From Iphione sp. A-MEVVRFRX5 (taxonomy: Eukaryota): DNA of 64,000 nt. The position numbers were made by a program, and so were the translations under genes. Position 1 is the first letter of the stretch. Each line of letters opens with the position of its first letter. Location: assembly GCA_976226885.1 (NCBI GenBank), contig OZ320319.1:30132001-30196000 (forward strand), written 5' to 3'. The notes below the pieces were generated by a model, which did not search any database, was not told where the DNA came from, and saw only the letters and a program-made list of their open reading frames with translations. Shown one piece after another: positions 39,609 to 51,470 of the stretch.

Positions 39609-42600
39609 GTAATCTCGTATATGTCTGGCCTGCCTGGTCCTCTCCTGGATTGCCCTTCACTTCAAGTCGATCCGGCTTTGTTGTGCGTATCGGTGGCAGG
39701 TGGTGCAAACAAGGCGAGTTCACTGACATATGCTGGCGCACCGCTGACAGTTCAGCCCTCTCGGCGGTGCCTCGGTCAATTTTGACACTGAGACCACTGT
39801 TTCCGCCGCCGGCACAAACGCCGTCGTTCCGTCTCGACTTTTGAGGGGGTCCATCACCCACCCACGCTTTCACCCACCCACCCGTCCCCGCAGTTTGCCA
39901 GCTTCACTCCGGGGTTGACAGCCAAGACCCGCCCCCTTACCTGCCTCCTATGTTATTTTTCCTTCCCACGTCGGTATTGAGTCCTCCCCAAGATAAGTCG
40001 GACGGGAGAGGTGACTATGGCCGTGCCCCTCCACAAAGCCAATAGAAAGACTCCCCTCTTCGCGACCCCGGCGACCCCTCCCGGTCATATATCTCCCCTA
40101 AAGAGGCGCGATCCAAATACACCGCATTGTCCGCGCGGCCACGCCCCCTGCTCTTTTGTATCCACTTCTTTCGGGCCGGTGACAAAGGCCAGCAGGGTAG
40201 GGGTATTGGACTCGGCGAAGACCGCCTGCGCGCCCGAAACTCCCTCTCTCCATTCAGCGACCGACCTCCGCCCGGCGCCCCACACAGACGCCCTCACCCG
40301 GGAAGTCAGAGTCTAATTAAGCCATCGCCTGTCAAACTAATCATAATACAAAACGCCTCCGCGTGGGGCGCTGCAGCGGCCTCGGTGGCCGCGCGTATGC
40401 CCTCAGGAAGCAGCATTAATTATCGGCCAATCAGATGGCTGCGTCGCTGCTAGGTGCTGAGCCAGGGCGCCGACAAGTATGTCCACTGTGGGCAATTAAT
40501 AGTCCCGCCGCCTGCCGCAAGGTGGCGGACCGGCTTGGTGGCCGTTGCGCATGCGCTGACCGATGAGTCTCGACGGACCGCGCTGGGTCGGACGCGCCGA
40601 CTTTAGATGTGCCTTTCCGCCATTTCCCACCGTAATAATTCCCATCGAATTGGCCAAAGACCAGCATTTCTGCCGGGTGGGGGCTCATAATTCATTTATT
40701 CCAATATCGTCCTCCTTCGCCAACCCCTCGGCCTCTATTCTCATTTTTGCCTCTCAATGAAGAAATCAGGGAAACGAATTTGAAGGAGCTCCCAGTAATT
40801 TATTTATGTTGAATACTTATTCCTTTCTGAATGTAATTCTTGATGCAAGTAGTATACAAAAACATTGCTTTGAATCCAAACTATTTTGAACACGTCCTCT
40901 ATGTTCTACAGTAGTATATTGTCAATGTTAGGGATTTTACCGTGTAATTTGTTGCTTTATAGTTGGGAACTACTTTAAATATCACAAATGATTGACAAGA
41001 ACTCTGCGTATCTGCTGTGCTGATGCTTAGCACTTCACGGATATGTAATTGAATATACACCATAATTATATTCAATGAAATACACATACATGTGTCCTAT
41101 ATGTCTAGGCTTTGCAGAATCAGTTCGGAAAAAACAGACTTTAATAGTTGCAGCACTGCGAAAAATTCGTAGCGTGTTATGCATCTGGTTAAGTGTCAAC
41201 CTTTAAGTACGTATAAGCAAAGCGAGACACAAGTGTAAGGTAAGATGGCATCCTTATACAGTCAAAAGTGTGCTCACGGAAGTCAAATTTCAATACATCC
41301 GGTGCGTTATTCATCGATTCCAATAAAGGATGCGTACGAAGTCTTTCGTCGAATATTTATTTTGGCGCGCGGTTAGCTCTAAACGGGCTCCGAGGCCGCG
41401 TTATCGCGCGCCGACAGACACTGCCCGCCCGCTCCTTCCAAGCCAAGCATCGCGGCACCTAGAAAAACATTAATGAAGTGGGCGGTCATTTGTAACGTTG
41501 GCGTCGGCCTCTCGGCTCAAGATATAGGCACCACTGCTTCATCCTCCTCGGGCGCGGCCATAAATTCCAAACAGTACTTCCCTGACGAAAATCACCCGAT
41601 TTCGCCCGCGACTGGCGTTCGTTTCGACGCGGGCCTGGGCGGGCGCGGGCGTCAGCGGCGGGCGGCAGTGGCACGAGGGGCGGGCGGCGCAGAGGGAGGT
41701 GAAGGGTGACGGGGCGGCCACCGAGTACCCGTAGTGCCAAGGCACTTCGCCTCCACCTAACGCTGACCTAGACATCTACCACTCACTTCATATCCACTCC
41801 CTCACCCCCATCGGACTTCCACACACTGATACCACCCCAACCGCTCTCCGCGGCCCATATTCATCTTTTGCCCATCACATTTTTGTGAATCGTTATTGAT
41901 TTTGGAGGATGGTTGGCTGTCTGGCGGGCGGATTGCTCCTTCGGTCTGCGTGCGGCCGGGAGGCGAGCGGAGGGCGGCGGACAGAACCCCGGGGACAAGC
42001 GTTTTGTAGGCGTCCTCAGCCGCCGTTTCAAGCAAGGGACGTCGCAACAAGATGCAGATATAATTACTAAAGGGTTGTCTCTTCGGGGCTATGACACGTC
42101 CGATAAACTTGGCAGTCAAACAGAATAGAACAGGGTACACACAAACTTCTCGGCAACATAACAATGGTTGGAATATGGAATAAATTCGTAATACCATTGT
42201 TTGCTTGCATATTCATACACGTCAATATTCACACGGATAGCTAATAACAAACAGGATTTTCGCTCAACATTCAATACGAATACAATTTGATGAGCTCAAA
42301 GTTTGGAGATAAAATGCGAAGAGGGTAGAGGGGTGTCTATATTTTTCATCTTTGTACACAGTGGGTATGTAGAGTCCTACACTTTCTTTCGACATGACAA
42401 AATGCTCATATTACGAACGGAGATGTTTGATATACCAGTATGGACAGTAATGTGCGTGTTGAGTACACATGAGGGATTTTTAAAAAAATCCAGACAAGCG
42501 ATGCACTAACAAAACAAAACATTACTATGACAGCTATAACTGTCATATCATGCAGTACAGTGTATTATTCTTTCAGATTGGTGCACCTAGTCTCATGGTA

Positions 42601-44904
42601 TTAAATACACGGACGTGTGGAAATAATAGTTTAGGACAAGCACTCTATCCAAATTCATCCACCCTCCAGTTTTCAAGCCACATAAAGAGTACTGGAATAT
42701 TCCCGTTATTGCATGTACACATCCACAGGGAGACTTTCCCTGGCACGATTCTCCATCACACGGCGTGGATTACCACGTTATGGATGTATATGTAGCTGTG
42801 TCGCACAGTTCTATCGTTTGAAAAATCTTCACAATAACACAAGAAATAAGTTTTCGTTTAATTTAAAGTGGAAATTTCCGGGGAGGTTTCTGTATGTATA
42901 CCAAACAGGGAGAACCTTAACGAGGTCAGTGGCTGCGTGTAAACGTTTGCACCTATAGTCACACTCACCCTGCGCTGGCTGCAGGTGGGATGGGCGTGGT
43001 CATCGGGTCTATGACTCTTAAACTGGCCCCGCCCACTCATCCCATAAATCATCTGGGCGCCCTCACTTTGGCTGGTCAATCACAGACCTAATTATAATAA
43101 TTACTCGCCGCATTCGCCGGCTGCGAGCGCCTCCTAGTGAGAACGGGTTATAACATGTGGTCAGCTGGGTGGTAAGTGGGGGATACTTGGAAAGAAGTCA
43201 AGGAAGTCTCCTCGTTAATCTTCATTCTGGGGTCTGGTTTATTTTAATCTGGCCTCGTCTGAGGAGCTCAGACTATTAAAGGTCACACCATCCTGTATTT
43301 AGGATCATTTCTACGTTTTCGCGGATTTTTTTCCCCACCCTGCCTTGATCATTGTCTGATGATCAGAAAAGACCACATGATTACAACCCAAGACATTCTC
43401 AGCAGTCCGCTTTCAGGTTACGCTTTTGACGGTCTCCCCTGTTTTGCATTATTGATATTATTGGCAGAAGCAACCTTTACCTCACCCATATCAGTTGAAT
43501 GGATGTTTTCAGAATGGCACGGCTACATGTACATGTACATGCACGTGTGGTCCATTAGAAGTGACACAGGAGAACAAATGTAAAATATGTCTGTAGTCAG
43601 ATGTACATGTATATATGAATACAATAAAATGCTAATAATGCGTTTCATCAGCCTTCCATTGTATCTGCGAATAGCTTGATAAAATAATACAAAATATCCA
43701 CTGGCAACCAAAGACTAATGGAAAAAGAGAGTTTAAAGGATTTCCCCCCCAAATATTTTTGTCGTAACAACAGCTTACTATTATTTCCTATAAGAGATAT
43801 TTCACAATACGGTGCATCACACACCTTACCAGAGAGCATTCTCATGGAAAGGTTGTAGACTCAGACATTATCGTGTTAAATCCCTGCCTTGGAACCAAAG
43901 GGAACGCCGGGGAACTGGAACACGTGAAAGACACTTGTGGCAATTCTTGCATGAATACTACAATCGTCAAAGATTTATGAGGTACCACACAGATTGTTTT
44001 TATTGTATCGCCTTTTCACGTGACCTGTTTACGTGCACTTCTGGATCGAGGTCGCTGAAAAAAAATGAGACAATCAAGACACAATTAAGTTAGAGAGGTA
44101 TAATATATATATCGTAACTTTCACGAGCTTAGCAATGCTATTTTGATATAAGTGAGCTACACGTAGTTTAATTTTCAAGTTAATCAAGTCGCGAAGGTTA
44201 ATTAGGATATCGATCATGAGAAATTCACTTGAAAATGCTATTCCCTGCCAGCAATTGGGTCTGACATTGTTGGTCACTATGTGGCACAAGTAAAGAAAAG
44301 TTAAAAGCATATTTGTTGTGTTGCTTTCGTATGGAAATATGTGCACGGCAATAGGTTCTGTATTTAACATACGCAGCTAAACAGTAACTATTACTGAGCT
44401 TACTGGAAATTTGCTGCTGTAATTGAACTTTTGCTTGAAGGCCGGAAAGGTGGGGGGAACTACAGCTGAATGGTTGTCCCAAAGTTATCATATAAAGTAA
44501 CAGGATTGTCCATTGAAGGATGTACACATCGAGGACTCTCATAAAAAAAAGATCTGCAGAAGCAAATAGAGTTTACTGGAACTCCTTACCTGTGTATAGA
44601 GGAGTTTATGAATAGACAAAAGTTGACCGGCGGAGTCAAGGTTTGTCAGTAGCTGTCTTGAGCTTATCCATTAGCGATTCTTCTTATTGCTCATTTCTCA
44701 CCCCTTCTCCCATGCAACCTTTAGTAGCTCTCTTTCTGATCCAAACTGTCCCAAGTATACATGCTTAGAACAGGTGTGAAATCTTGTGTGATAAGATAAT
44801 TACTTGAAACATATTTTTTTAGATGAATTTCTCTTTAAAACGTCATTTTATGACAGATTTATGACTTCATACTCTAAAAGAAGAGATTCATCAATCTGAA
44901 ATTA

Positions 44905-45222
44905 GGGCTGAAAAAATCTGTTTTTGGTAACACGTTGAAAAAACGAGGGCCAGTAGGTGGTATTTTCTTTTTTTGTCATTGTAAATAAAACCTTTAAAAA
45001 ACATCTGATGTATGTTTCTAATAATAAAAATACCACTTTCCTCGCATGGATCTTAGCGAATCACATATTATAGGAAAGGTAATACCCCAAGGAAGACAAC
45101 GGTGTATTGAATAAGTCTATAACATTTGCTCAATATATACACAAAACAGATAAAAAGTTTCAACTGGCCAAAATGTAAAGTTGGTCGGGTTACCGTAAAC
45201 ACAGATATATTTTTACTAGGCC
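44905..45222. mobile_element. PIF/Harbinger-type MITE (TTA TSD), same family
   Basis: TTA|GGGCTGAAAAAATCTGTTTTTGGTAAC ... GTTACCGTAAACACAGATATATTTTTACTAGGCC|TTA. Confidence 0.8.
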
Positions 45223-45739
45223 TTAACATGGCACAAGGCACAAACAACACAGTTTTCCTGGTTCCCCGGTGGTAGAAGAGAAGTGATATGTGCAAAGATT
45301 ATTCTATGGCGCATGTAAGAGGCGTATATTGAAGCTGTACTATTCAAAATTTAGATAAGACACTTGAACGTAACTTTTAATGTGCCAGTAGACAGGAGCT
45401 TCAAATAATATAACCATACAACGAGAAAAGAAGTTAAAACGTATGCAGAGATAAGTAAAATCCTCTACTTTACTCTGAAATTACCATGCTTCACCAGTAA
45501 ACAAAGTGAGATGTAGACGATATATAAATCGATATTTATCCCATTGGCTGGATGATTATAAATATTTTTGTGCCTTTTTATGGAGTTTTCCTGAATTTTG
45601 TGCTAATTTGAGTGGGTAAATGGGAGAGTTAATATAGATGCTAGATCTGTCTGCTTCTGCTGGACCTGCACCCAGTTGCCTGTGCTGTACGCTGATAATT
45701 TTATCTATCGTATAAGCCTGTTCCATGAAAAATTCAAAT

Positions 45740-47425
45740 GATGATGGATTCTCAACTATTGATGAGGAGTGGGAAGATGATCTACCACTTGAAACCATGA
45801 GACCTCTGCATGGAATGAATAATAACAACTCAGGACGAGGAGAGCGGCTCAGAAGATGAATCTGCTCATACTCATTGTCTGGCCACCGAGACAACAGAAA
45901 GTGAGATCACGTGGAAGGAAACAACTGGAAAGAAACCTAGACCTACTGAAACAACACCAAGAAAATACAATGAGTCTGGGATAACTGCCGAAGTCTATGT
46001 ATGCCTATCCATTAATTGTTCTTCAAACATTTTCACTAATTCTACATAAGGGTAAACATAAATAAATGTCTATTTTCCAGGTATTTGCACTTCTCTGATC
46101 CTGATGGACCAGGCCCTGATGACAAAAGTAACCTTGGGGATAACACTGGAAATGTTACCACTAGGCCAGATAGACCAGAGACAAACGTGAATTTGTTATA
46201 AGAACATTTTAATTCGTTAGCCAAATCAGTCTACAGGCCTTACTGTGAGCTGGTCATTGATGAATCAATGGTTCCCCACAAAGGCCATTTAGGTTTTAAG
46301 TAATATTTGCCTACCTATGAAACCTAACAAATGGGGAATAAAGCTATGGATGTTGGCAGAGAGCACATCAGGTATGTATTTTATTGTCGCAGTGGAAAAT
46401 CTAAAATAAAAGATACAGGATAATGTATTTGACATTATATGCACCTTTCCCACTTTTACTGGATTTTCTAATATTTTCTCATCATAAATCACACCCATAA
46501 ATCTATTCTTTCCTTCATCAGGGTACATACTCCAGGTTATGCTATACTCTGGACGTACTGACCAGGCATGTACTGCTTTGCATGAATTTGTCGTGATGGA
46601 GTTGATGACAGCAACCAGATTACTTGGAGAAGGCTTCCAGTGTTATTTGGACAATTAATACACTTCAATTGCTTTATTTTCCAAATTGTTGCCCCATAAT
46701 ACCTGTGCCTCTGGTATAGTCCCTACAAACTGTCGAGAGTTACCTGGTGCAGTCAAAGGGAAAAAACCTACAGGTTTAGATGTCCATGTATCATGTTGTT
46801 TCTTCAGAAGTGGCAATTTCTTTCTAACCATGTGGAATGATAAAAGGATTGTTAATCTTTTGTCCAATATACATGGTTCAAATCTAGGGGAAGTATGAAG
46901 AAATGTCAGAAATCTTAAACTGGAAAATGTTCTGACTCTGTTGTACCCTGTCCAAAGAGTATCATAGACTACACCTGTCATATGGGAGAAGTAGACAGAA
47001 ACAACCAATTTATTCAATGCTATACATTTGGTAAAAGATCAGAGAAATGGCCAATTAAATTGCTCTGACATCTAATGGAGTTGTTTAAGATAAATGCATT
47101 TGTAATGTATATCTCTGTAGCTGAAAAAATTTCTCTGCTGGAGTTCACCCTGAATGTTGCTGATCATCTCATCATAACCTCCAGATTCAAATTGCCTACC
47201 TAGATCTTTGAATATCCATTCTGCAGATAGACTTAGAATGAGATGTATCCCATGTGAATTGGGAAGAAAAAGTTATTTTTGGGTGTACTATAGAAGGGTC
47301 TCTAAGGGCGTATAGATTACGAGAAGACAGACACAATTTGGACGTCATACATGTGATGTGCATCTCTGCCTTCCACCTCAGTGTTTCAAAATTTGCCATT
47401 TGGTGGAGGACTTCTGTAAACCTAA
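45740..47425 (+). mobile_element. Decayed piggyBac (PGBD4-like, DDD) transposase with introns, stops and frameshifts
   Basis: Manual translation gives ordered piggyBac motifs: acidic N-terminus (DEEWEDD, QDEESGSEDES), RYLHFSD (46081), FNSLAKSVYRPYCELVIDESMVPHKGHLGFK*YLP (D at ~46259), KPNKWGIKLWMLAESTSG|YILQVMLYSGR, CYLDN*YTS (D ~46650), FLTMWNDKRIVNLLSNIH, DYTCHMGEVDRNNQ (D ~46994), RSEKW..NAFVMY, and C-terminal RRQTQFGRHTCDVHLCLPPQCFKICH. The segment before RYLHF appears deleted. TIRs are not clearly identified (possible right end ATATGG|TTAA at 47635-47644). Confidence 0.93.
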
Positions 47426-49318
47426 TCCAGATGCATGAATATGCAATGTCTCCTGCGGTTTGAAAAAAGTAAGGTATTTTTTTCACCTAAATAAAGGCAA
47501 CCAATGAATTACTCCTGTTTTCCTGGTTATTTGTCTATTATTTGTATAGTACATTGATTATCCAACTATTAATTCCTATCCACTGCTCTTACATAATCTA
47601 GTGCCAGCTTAGCCGTCCTCAGTAACATAGTCCGATATGGTTAAAACAGTAATGCCACTCCAGTGAAAAATCATCCAGAATTTAAACAAAATCCCATAGA
47701 ATAATATTTTCATTCAGATTTATAATTGTTAATTCAAAAATATTCCTAAAACATGTAAAAAGCCCAGCCCAGTTCACCATGAAGATGTGCATTATGTAAT
47801 GAAGCTGTATATGCCTCGCCCTCTATCTGAATGCAGCTACACTATGTATGCACCTCATGGTGGGTATGCGCACTGCCCTGAAAGGATCAAACACTGGCTT
47901 TTCATCTCTCTATTATCGGTATGCTAAGAAAGGTAGCAAAACATGAAAATATAAATAATATCAAAGTTCAAATCATGTTCAGTCATACTAAGTGAATCTT
48001 ACCTATAAGGTGTTTGGTCCTACAATTATACATTCCATAATTCAGTAGCTTGCCTAATGATAATCACTCATAACATTTATCGTTGCAGTAATGCTGATAA
48101 AGCATCAATTTGAATAATTTTCTTAACAACTTGGTCTTAGTGATCTACTTGCTACTGTGTTTGTGCATGCAGCCGTTTTTAATTGTGTCGAGTAGTAGTA
48201 GGTTATTTTATGGGGAAATACTTAATTATATTTATTTGGAAAAGTTGACATCTCCCCATCTTTTCTAGGCTGATTAGCAGTAAATTGAATCTAATACATC
48301 AAATATATAACAACTTTTCATTGAGGACATAATTATCTTCTCGGGAGTATTGATTGATTGATAAGATTGAAAATCTACAAATAATCGTTAAGAAAGTACA
48401 TGTATATCTCAAACTAATCAAGGGATAGAAACATGAGGTACAAACAGGCATACACACATCAAAGGGATGGAAGTATTCCTAACCTTCGCACCATAGTGAA
48501 CCAGTAATCTTGTCATAGATTCATTACGGTCTGGTCATAGAACAAAATAATTTATAGAAACCGAGTCCCCTCTTGATGTAGACATTTTCAGTTGAATCAC
48601 TCTCTTAAACCCGATCCCAACCTTGTTCCTAAGCCCAGATTTGACCCATTCCATGAACTAGTTTCAGTATGAATGATATATCATGAAGGTATGAACTCTT
48701 AATTCAATTCCAAACGGGTTAAAGCTATGAGATATTAGTATAGATGTAGTAAACTGAGAAAATTGTATATGTCACTTAATGCTGATAATGTAGAAAGCAG
48801 TCTGGTAAAACCTTACATCTGCAGTTAGACACTGATGTTTTCTTACTTTTACACAAATTATTCTTTTAATATTATCTATCAATTGAAATTGATACTAAGG
48901 TTCTATACTTCTTTCATCCATAAGGTATAAAATTCTTTTGAGAGATATTTACGGTGAAAATAATGAAAACGTTTTCAGGTAGAAATGATAGATAACTGTC
49001 AAATAATATTGATAGTCTAGAATGTAAATGCCTTACACAAACATCTTCACATAGAGAAGCCACTACTTGAACCTCTTTTTTTCAATAATTTGCTGCTTAC
49101 GATACTGAATAACTCTAATCATTGGGTTTTAGTAGAAAAAATAGCAAATGACCACAGTCCAATGAAAGATCCTTGCATTAGGCCCAAGCAATTCATTACA
49201 GAGCCTTATTAGCCTACATTGTATCTTCAAATATAACTTTCCTGAGATCAGTAGCAATAACTTTTCTTCCCAGGCTAGAACAAATACACTGACATTGATA
49301 TGCAGTATTAACCTTTCA

Positions 49319-50590
49319 GGTCTTAAAAAATATCTGTGTTTCTGATAACCTGCTGAAAAAATAAACGGACGGTATAGAGGTGTTTTTTTAATTTTTAATT
49401 TTTTTCCCATAGGTAATAGATCTTGAAGCCATTCAATGAGAACATAGCAATGTGTATAACATCAGTGCAACCATGTCGTCTGTGTGTCTTGAGATGAAGA
49501 CAGCTGGGATGGAACCTAGTTGTCAGGGAGAGGAGAAGCAAGAGCATGGATTGTTAAGGCAACAGAGCCATGTCTATTTTGATGTCATTAAAAACAAATT
49601 AGACTTTGTATAACAGGATTGACAATTTGTTTCTCCTGATATGTGTATCAAGACAGGATTCTATGGTTTGGACATAGAAGTCTCATCAGGCAGCATTAAT
49701 ATTTTGTATTTTGGTTTGATATTTGGTCATCATGTCAGCCAGGGGAGTGCTGATCTTAGTAGATTAGTCTGTGGGCCACATGAGGGTCACGTGTGGCTCA
49801 ATTCCAGATGTAAGGTCATCCGTAGGTCTTCACAGGCATGGTGCCTGCATTGGGGACAGTGGTGCCCATGGTATACATGCACCCCTTTCGATGTGATCTG
49901 AGTCCAAGTGAAGTGATCAGTCAGAGGTATGGGGTCAATTTTGCTGCTATGTCTAACAGGGTCCCTGGTTGGAAGATGCACTCTAATGGTTGGCAGCATC
50001 CATGACATTGAGGCCTGTGGGTACCACTGTGTGCAAGTGGTGGATCCAATTTTGTTCAGATCCCTAAGTCGCTTTGCATGCACACTCTCTGGTTTAGTGT
50101 GTATGACGTTCACAATGTGTATTTCAATGTCAGCCTAGATGTTCACCCCCTGTGAAATATTCACTAATGGTCGAATTGGGAGCCTTCCTTTTGATGTTCC
50201 TAAAGTGACCCTGGAATCAGGTCACAAGTCCATTTTTTGTCTGGCTGACATACTTTTGACTGCATCTGGTGCAGGTCATACAGTGAATGAGGTTGGAGCT
50301 CTTGGCTTTGGTTGCATAGCCCCTTTGGCTCTAAGTGCTCACACAAAAAAAGTGCTCACAAAAAAGATCTTGAAGATATTAAATGTGTATGTCAATACCA
50401 CTTCTACTGATGATATTTTAATGAAACGTATATAAAATGAAAGCGTAACCTAATGAGCACAATAGTGTATTGTATAAGTCTGCATCAGTATTCATTCTTG
50501 AGATGTTGACACCAGAGGAATAAAAGTTTTAATACCCACAAAAGTAGGGTCACTCGGGTTACTGTAAACACAGATAATTCTTTTACCACC
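49319..50590. mobile_element. PIF/Harbinger-type MITE copy (TCA TSD) enlarged by an internal insertion
   Basis: Left end tca|GGTCTTAAAAAATATCTGTGTTTCTGATAAC and right end GTTACTGTAAACACAGATAATTCTTTTTACCACC|tca form imperfect inverted repeats with the same 3-bp flank. Termini match the shorter copies at 34378 and 44905. Confidence 0.75.
49983..50330 (-). mobile_element. Penelope-like element remnant: GIY-YIG endonuclease C-terminal domain (pseudogenised)
   Basis: Across two frameshifts the minus strand reads KSSNLIHCMTCTRCSQKYVSQTKNGLVT*FQGHFRNIK..STISEYF..EH / DIEIHIVNVIHTKPESVHAKRLRDLNK / WIHHLHTVVPTGLNVMD*. This matches the Penelope pattern N(V/L)IY-CxxC-YVG(E/Q)T-R-H-HF-H-WI..L.T..P.GLN. 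Confidence 0.88.
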
Positions 50591-50842
50591 TCATTGAGAA
50601 TCCCAACCAATGTTTCTATGTTTTTCCCTGAATACAACTGGATTCAAGATGTTTATATAGCATATAGTTTCTAATAAAGATATGTAAGGAAAATAATGTT
50701 ACATAAAAGTTCGAAAAATTACATGAAAATATGCAATGAAATGAACCAGTATGGACAACAACAGGGAAAAACTGGGAACAACAGAGTGCTTTTGTCATGC
50801 CATTCCCACTGGCCACATCAGTAGTCATTCCATTGCTAAGTA

Positions 50843-51014
50843 TAGTCGAAACTCTATTTCCGACCACACCTTGGGGCCAAGCTCAACTGGTCGTATTGAC
50901 AATATTGGTTGAAAATCGATCACAATTCCCATACAAACTAGGATTTTTTTCCAAAATGGTCGGAAATGGGATATGGTCGTAAATCTTATGCGGTCATAAA
51001 TAGAGTCTCCACTG
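50843..51014. mobile_element. Tc1/mariner-pogo-type MITE (~172 bp, TA TSD)
   Basis: TA|TAGTCGAAACTCTATTTCCGACCACA versus reverse complement of the right end TA|CAGTGGAGACTCTATTTATGACCGCA (about 20/26 identical). Internal GGTCG(G/T)AAAT-like motif is repeated. Confidence 0.8.
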
Positions 51015-51202
51015 TATAGTGCGGTGGATAGGTGGTGTTGGAGATATAGGTTCAGTGTATATAAGGGGTTGCCTACTGGGTTCCCCATCCAGAGTGGATT
51101 GGGAGTCTTTCTGCTACAGTTGCTTATCACTTGTGTTCTTCCATAGTACATCTACTTCTCTGCAACCTGCATCATGTCGTTACTGCATAGTGGGTACTAC
51201 AT

Positions 51203-51227
51203 TGGTGGCAGTGGTGGGATCGAGCCC
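51203..51227 (+). other. Primer-binding site complementary to the 3' end of tRNA-Leu
   Basis: TGGTGGCAGTGGTGGGATCGAGCCC lies 1 nt after the LTR-terminal CA. It closely matches the reverse complement of eukaryotic tRNA-Leu(AAG/TAG) 3' ends as I recall them (TGGTGGCAGCGGTGGGATTCGAACC). Confidence 0.8.
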
Positions 51228-51344
51228 ACCACAGCAGGCAGGAAGAGGGCACCGGCAACTGTAGCATGGGCCCCCGGAGGGAAGCCAGACTTTGAGACCC
51301 TCGAGCTCGGACAGCGTCATGCGGAGTGAGAGGTGAGAGGTGTA

Positions 51345-51470
51345 GCTGACAGCCGCACTTCCAAAGCCAACAGCTACACTTTGGAAGCTGACAGCTACAC
51401 TCTGGCAACCGCCAGCTGCACACCAATAGCTGACAGCGGCAGTCTAGCAGCCGATGACTGCATCTCAAAG
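51345..51470 (+). repeat. 21-bp tandem repeat (x6) in the Gypsy gag region
   Basis: GCTGACAGC-led units translating as ADSRTSK ANSYTLE ADSYTLA TASCTPI ADSGSLA ADDCISK. Confidence 0.8.

Larger units (their letters stand above)
37480..42170. promoter_or_regulatory. Large CpG-rich island / promoter region
   Basis: Dense CpG compared with the flanks. YY1-like CGCCATTTTG (~38283) and GATGGCGGC (~38134), CCAAT (~40427), multiple TAATTA/TAAT sites (40314-40500), E2F-like TTTGGCGCGC (~41361), GC boxes (41635-41715). Confidence 0.7.

Noticed and set aside
45410-47644. Possible piggyBac termini ATAA|CCATAC ... ATATGG|TTAA
   Set aside because: Only 5-6 bp of inverted match and an imperfect left TSD; not enough to set boundaries.
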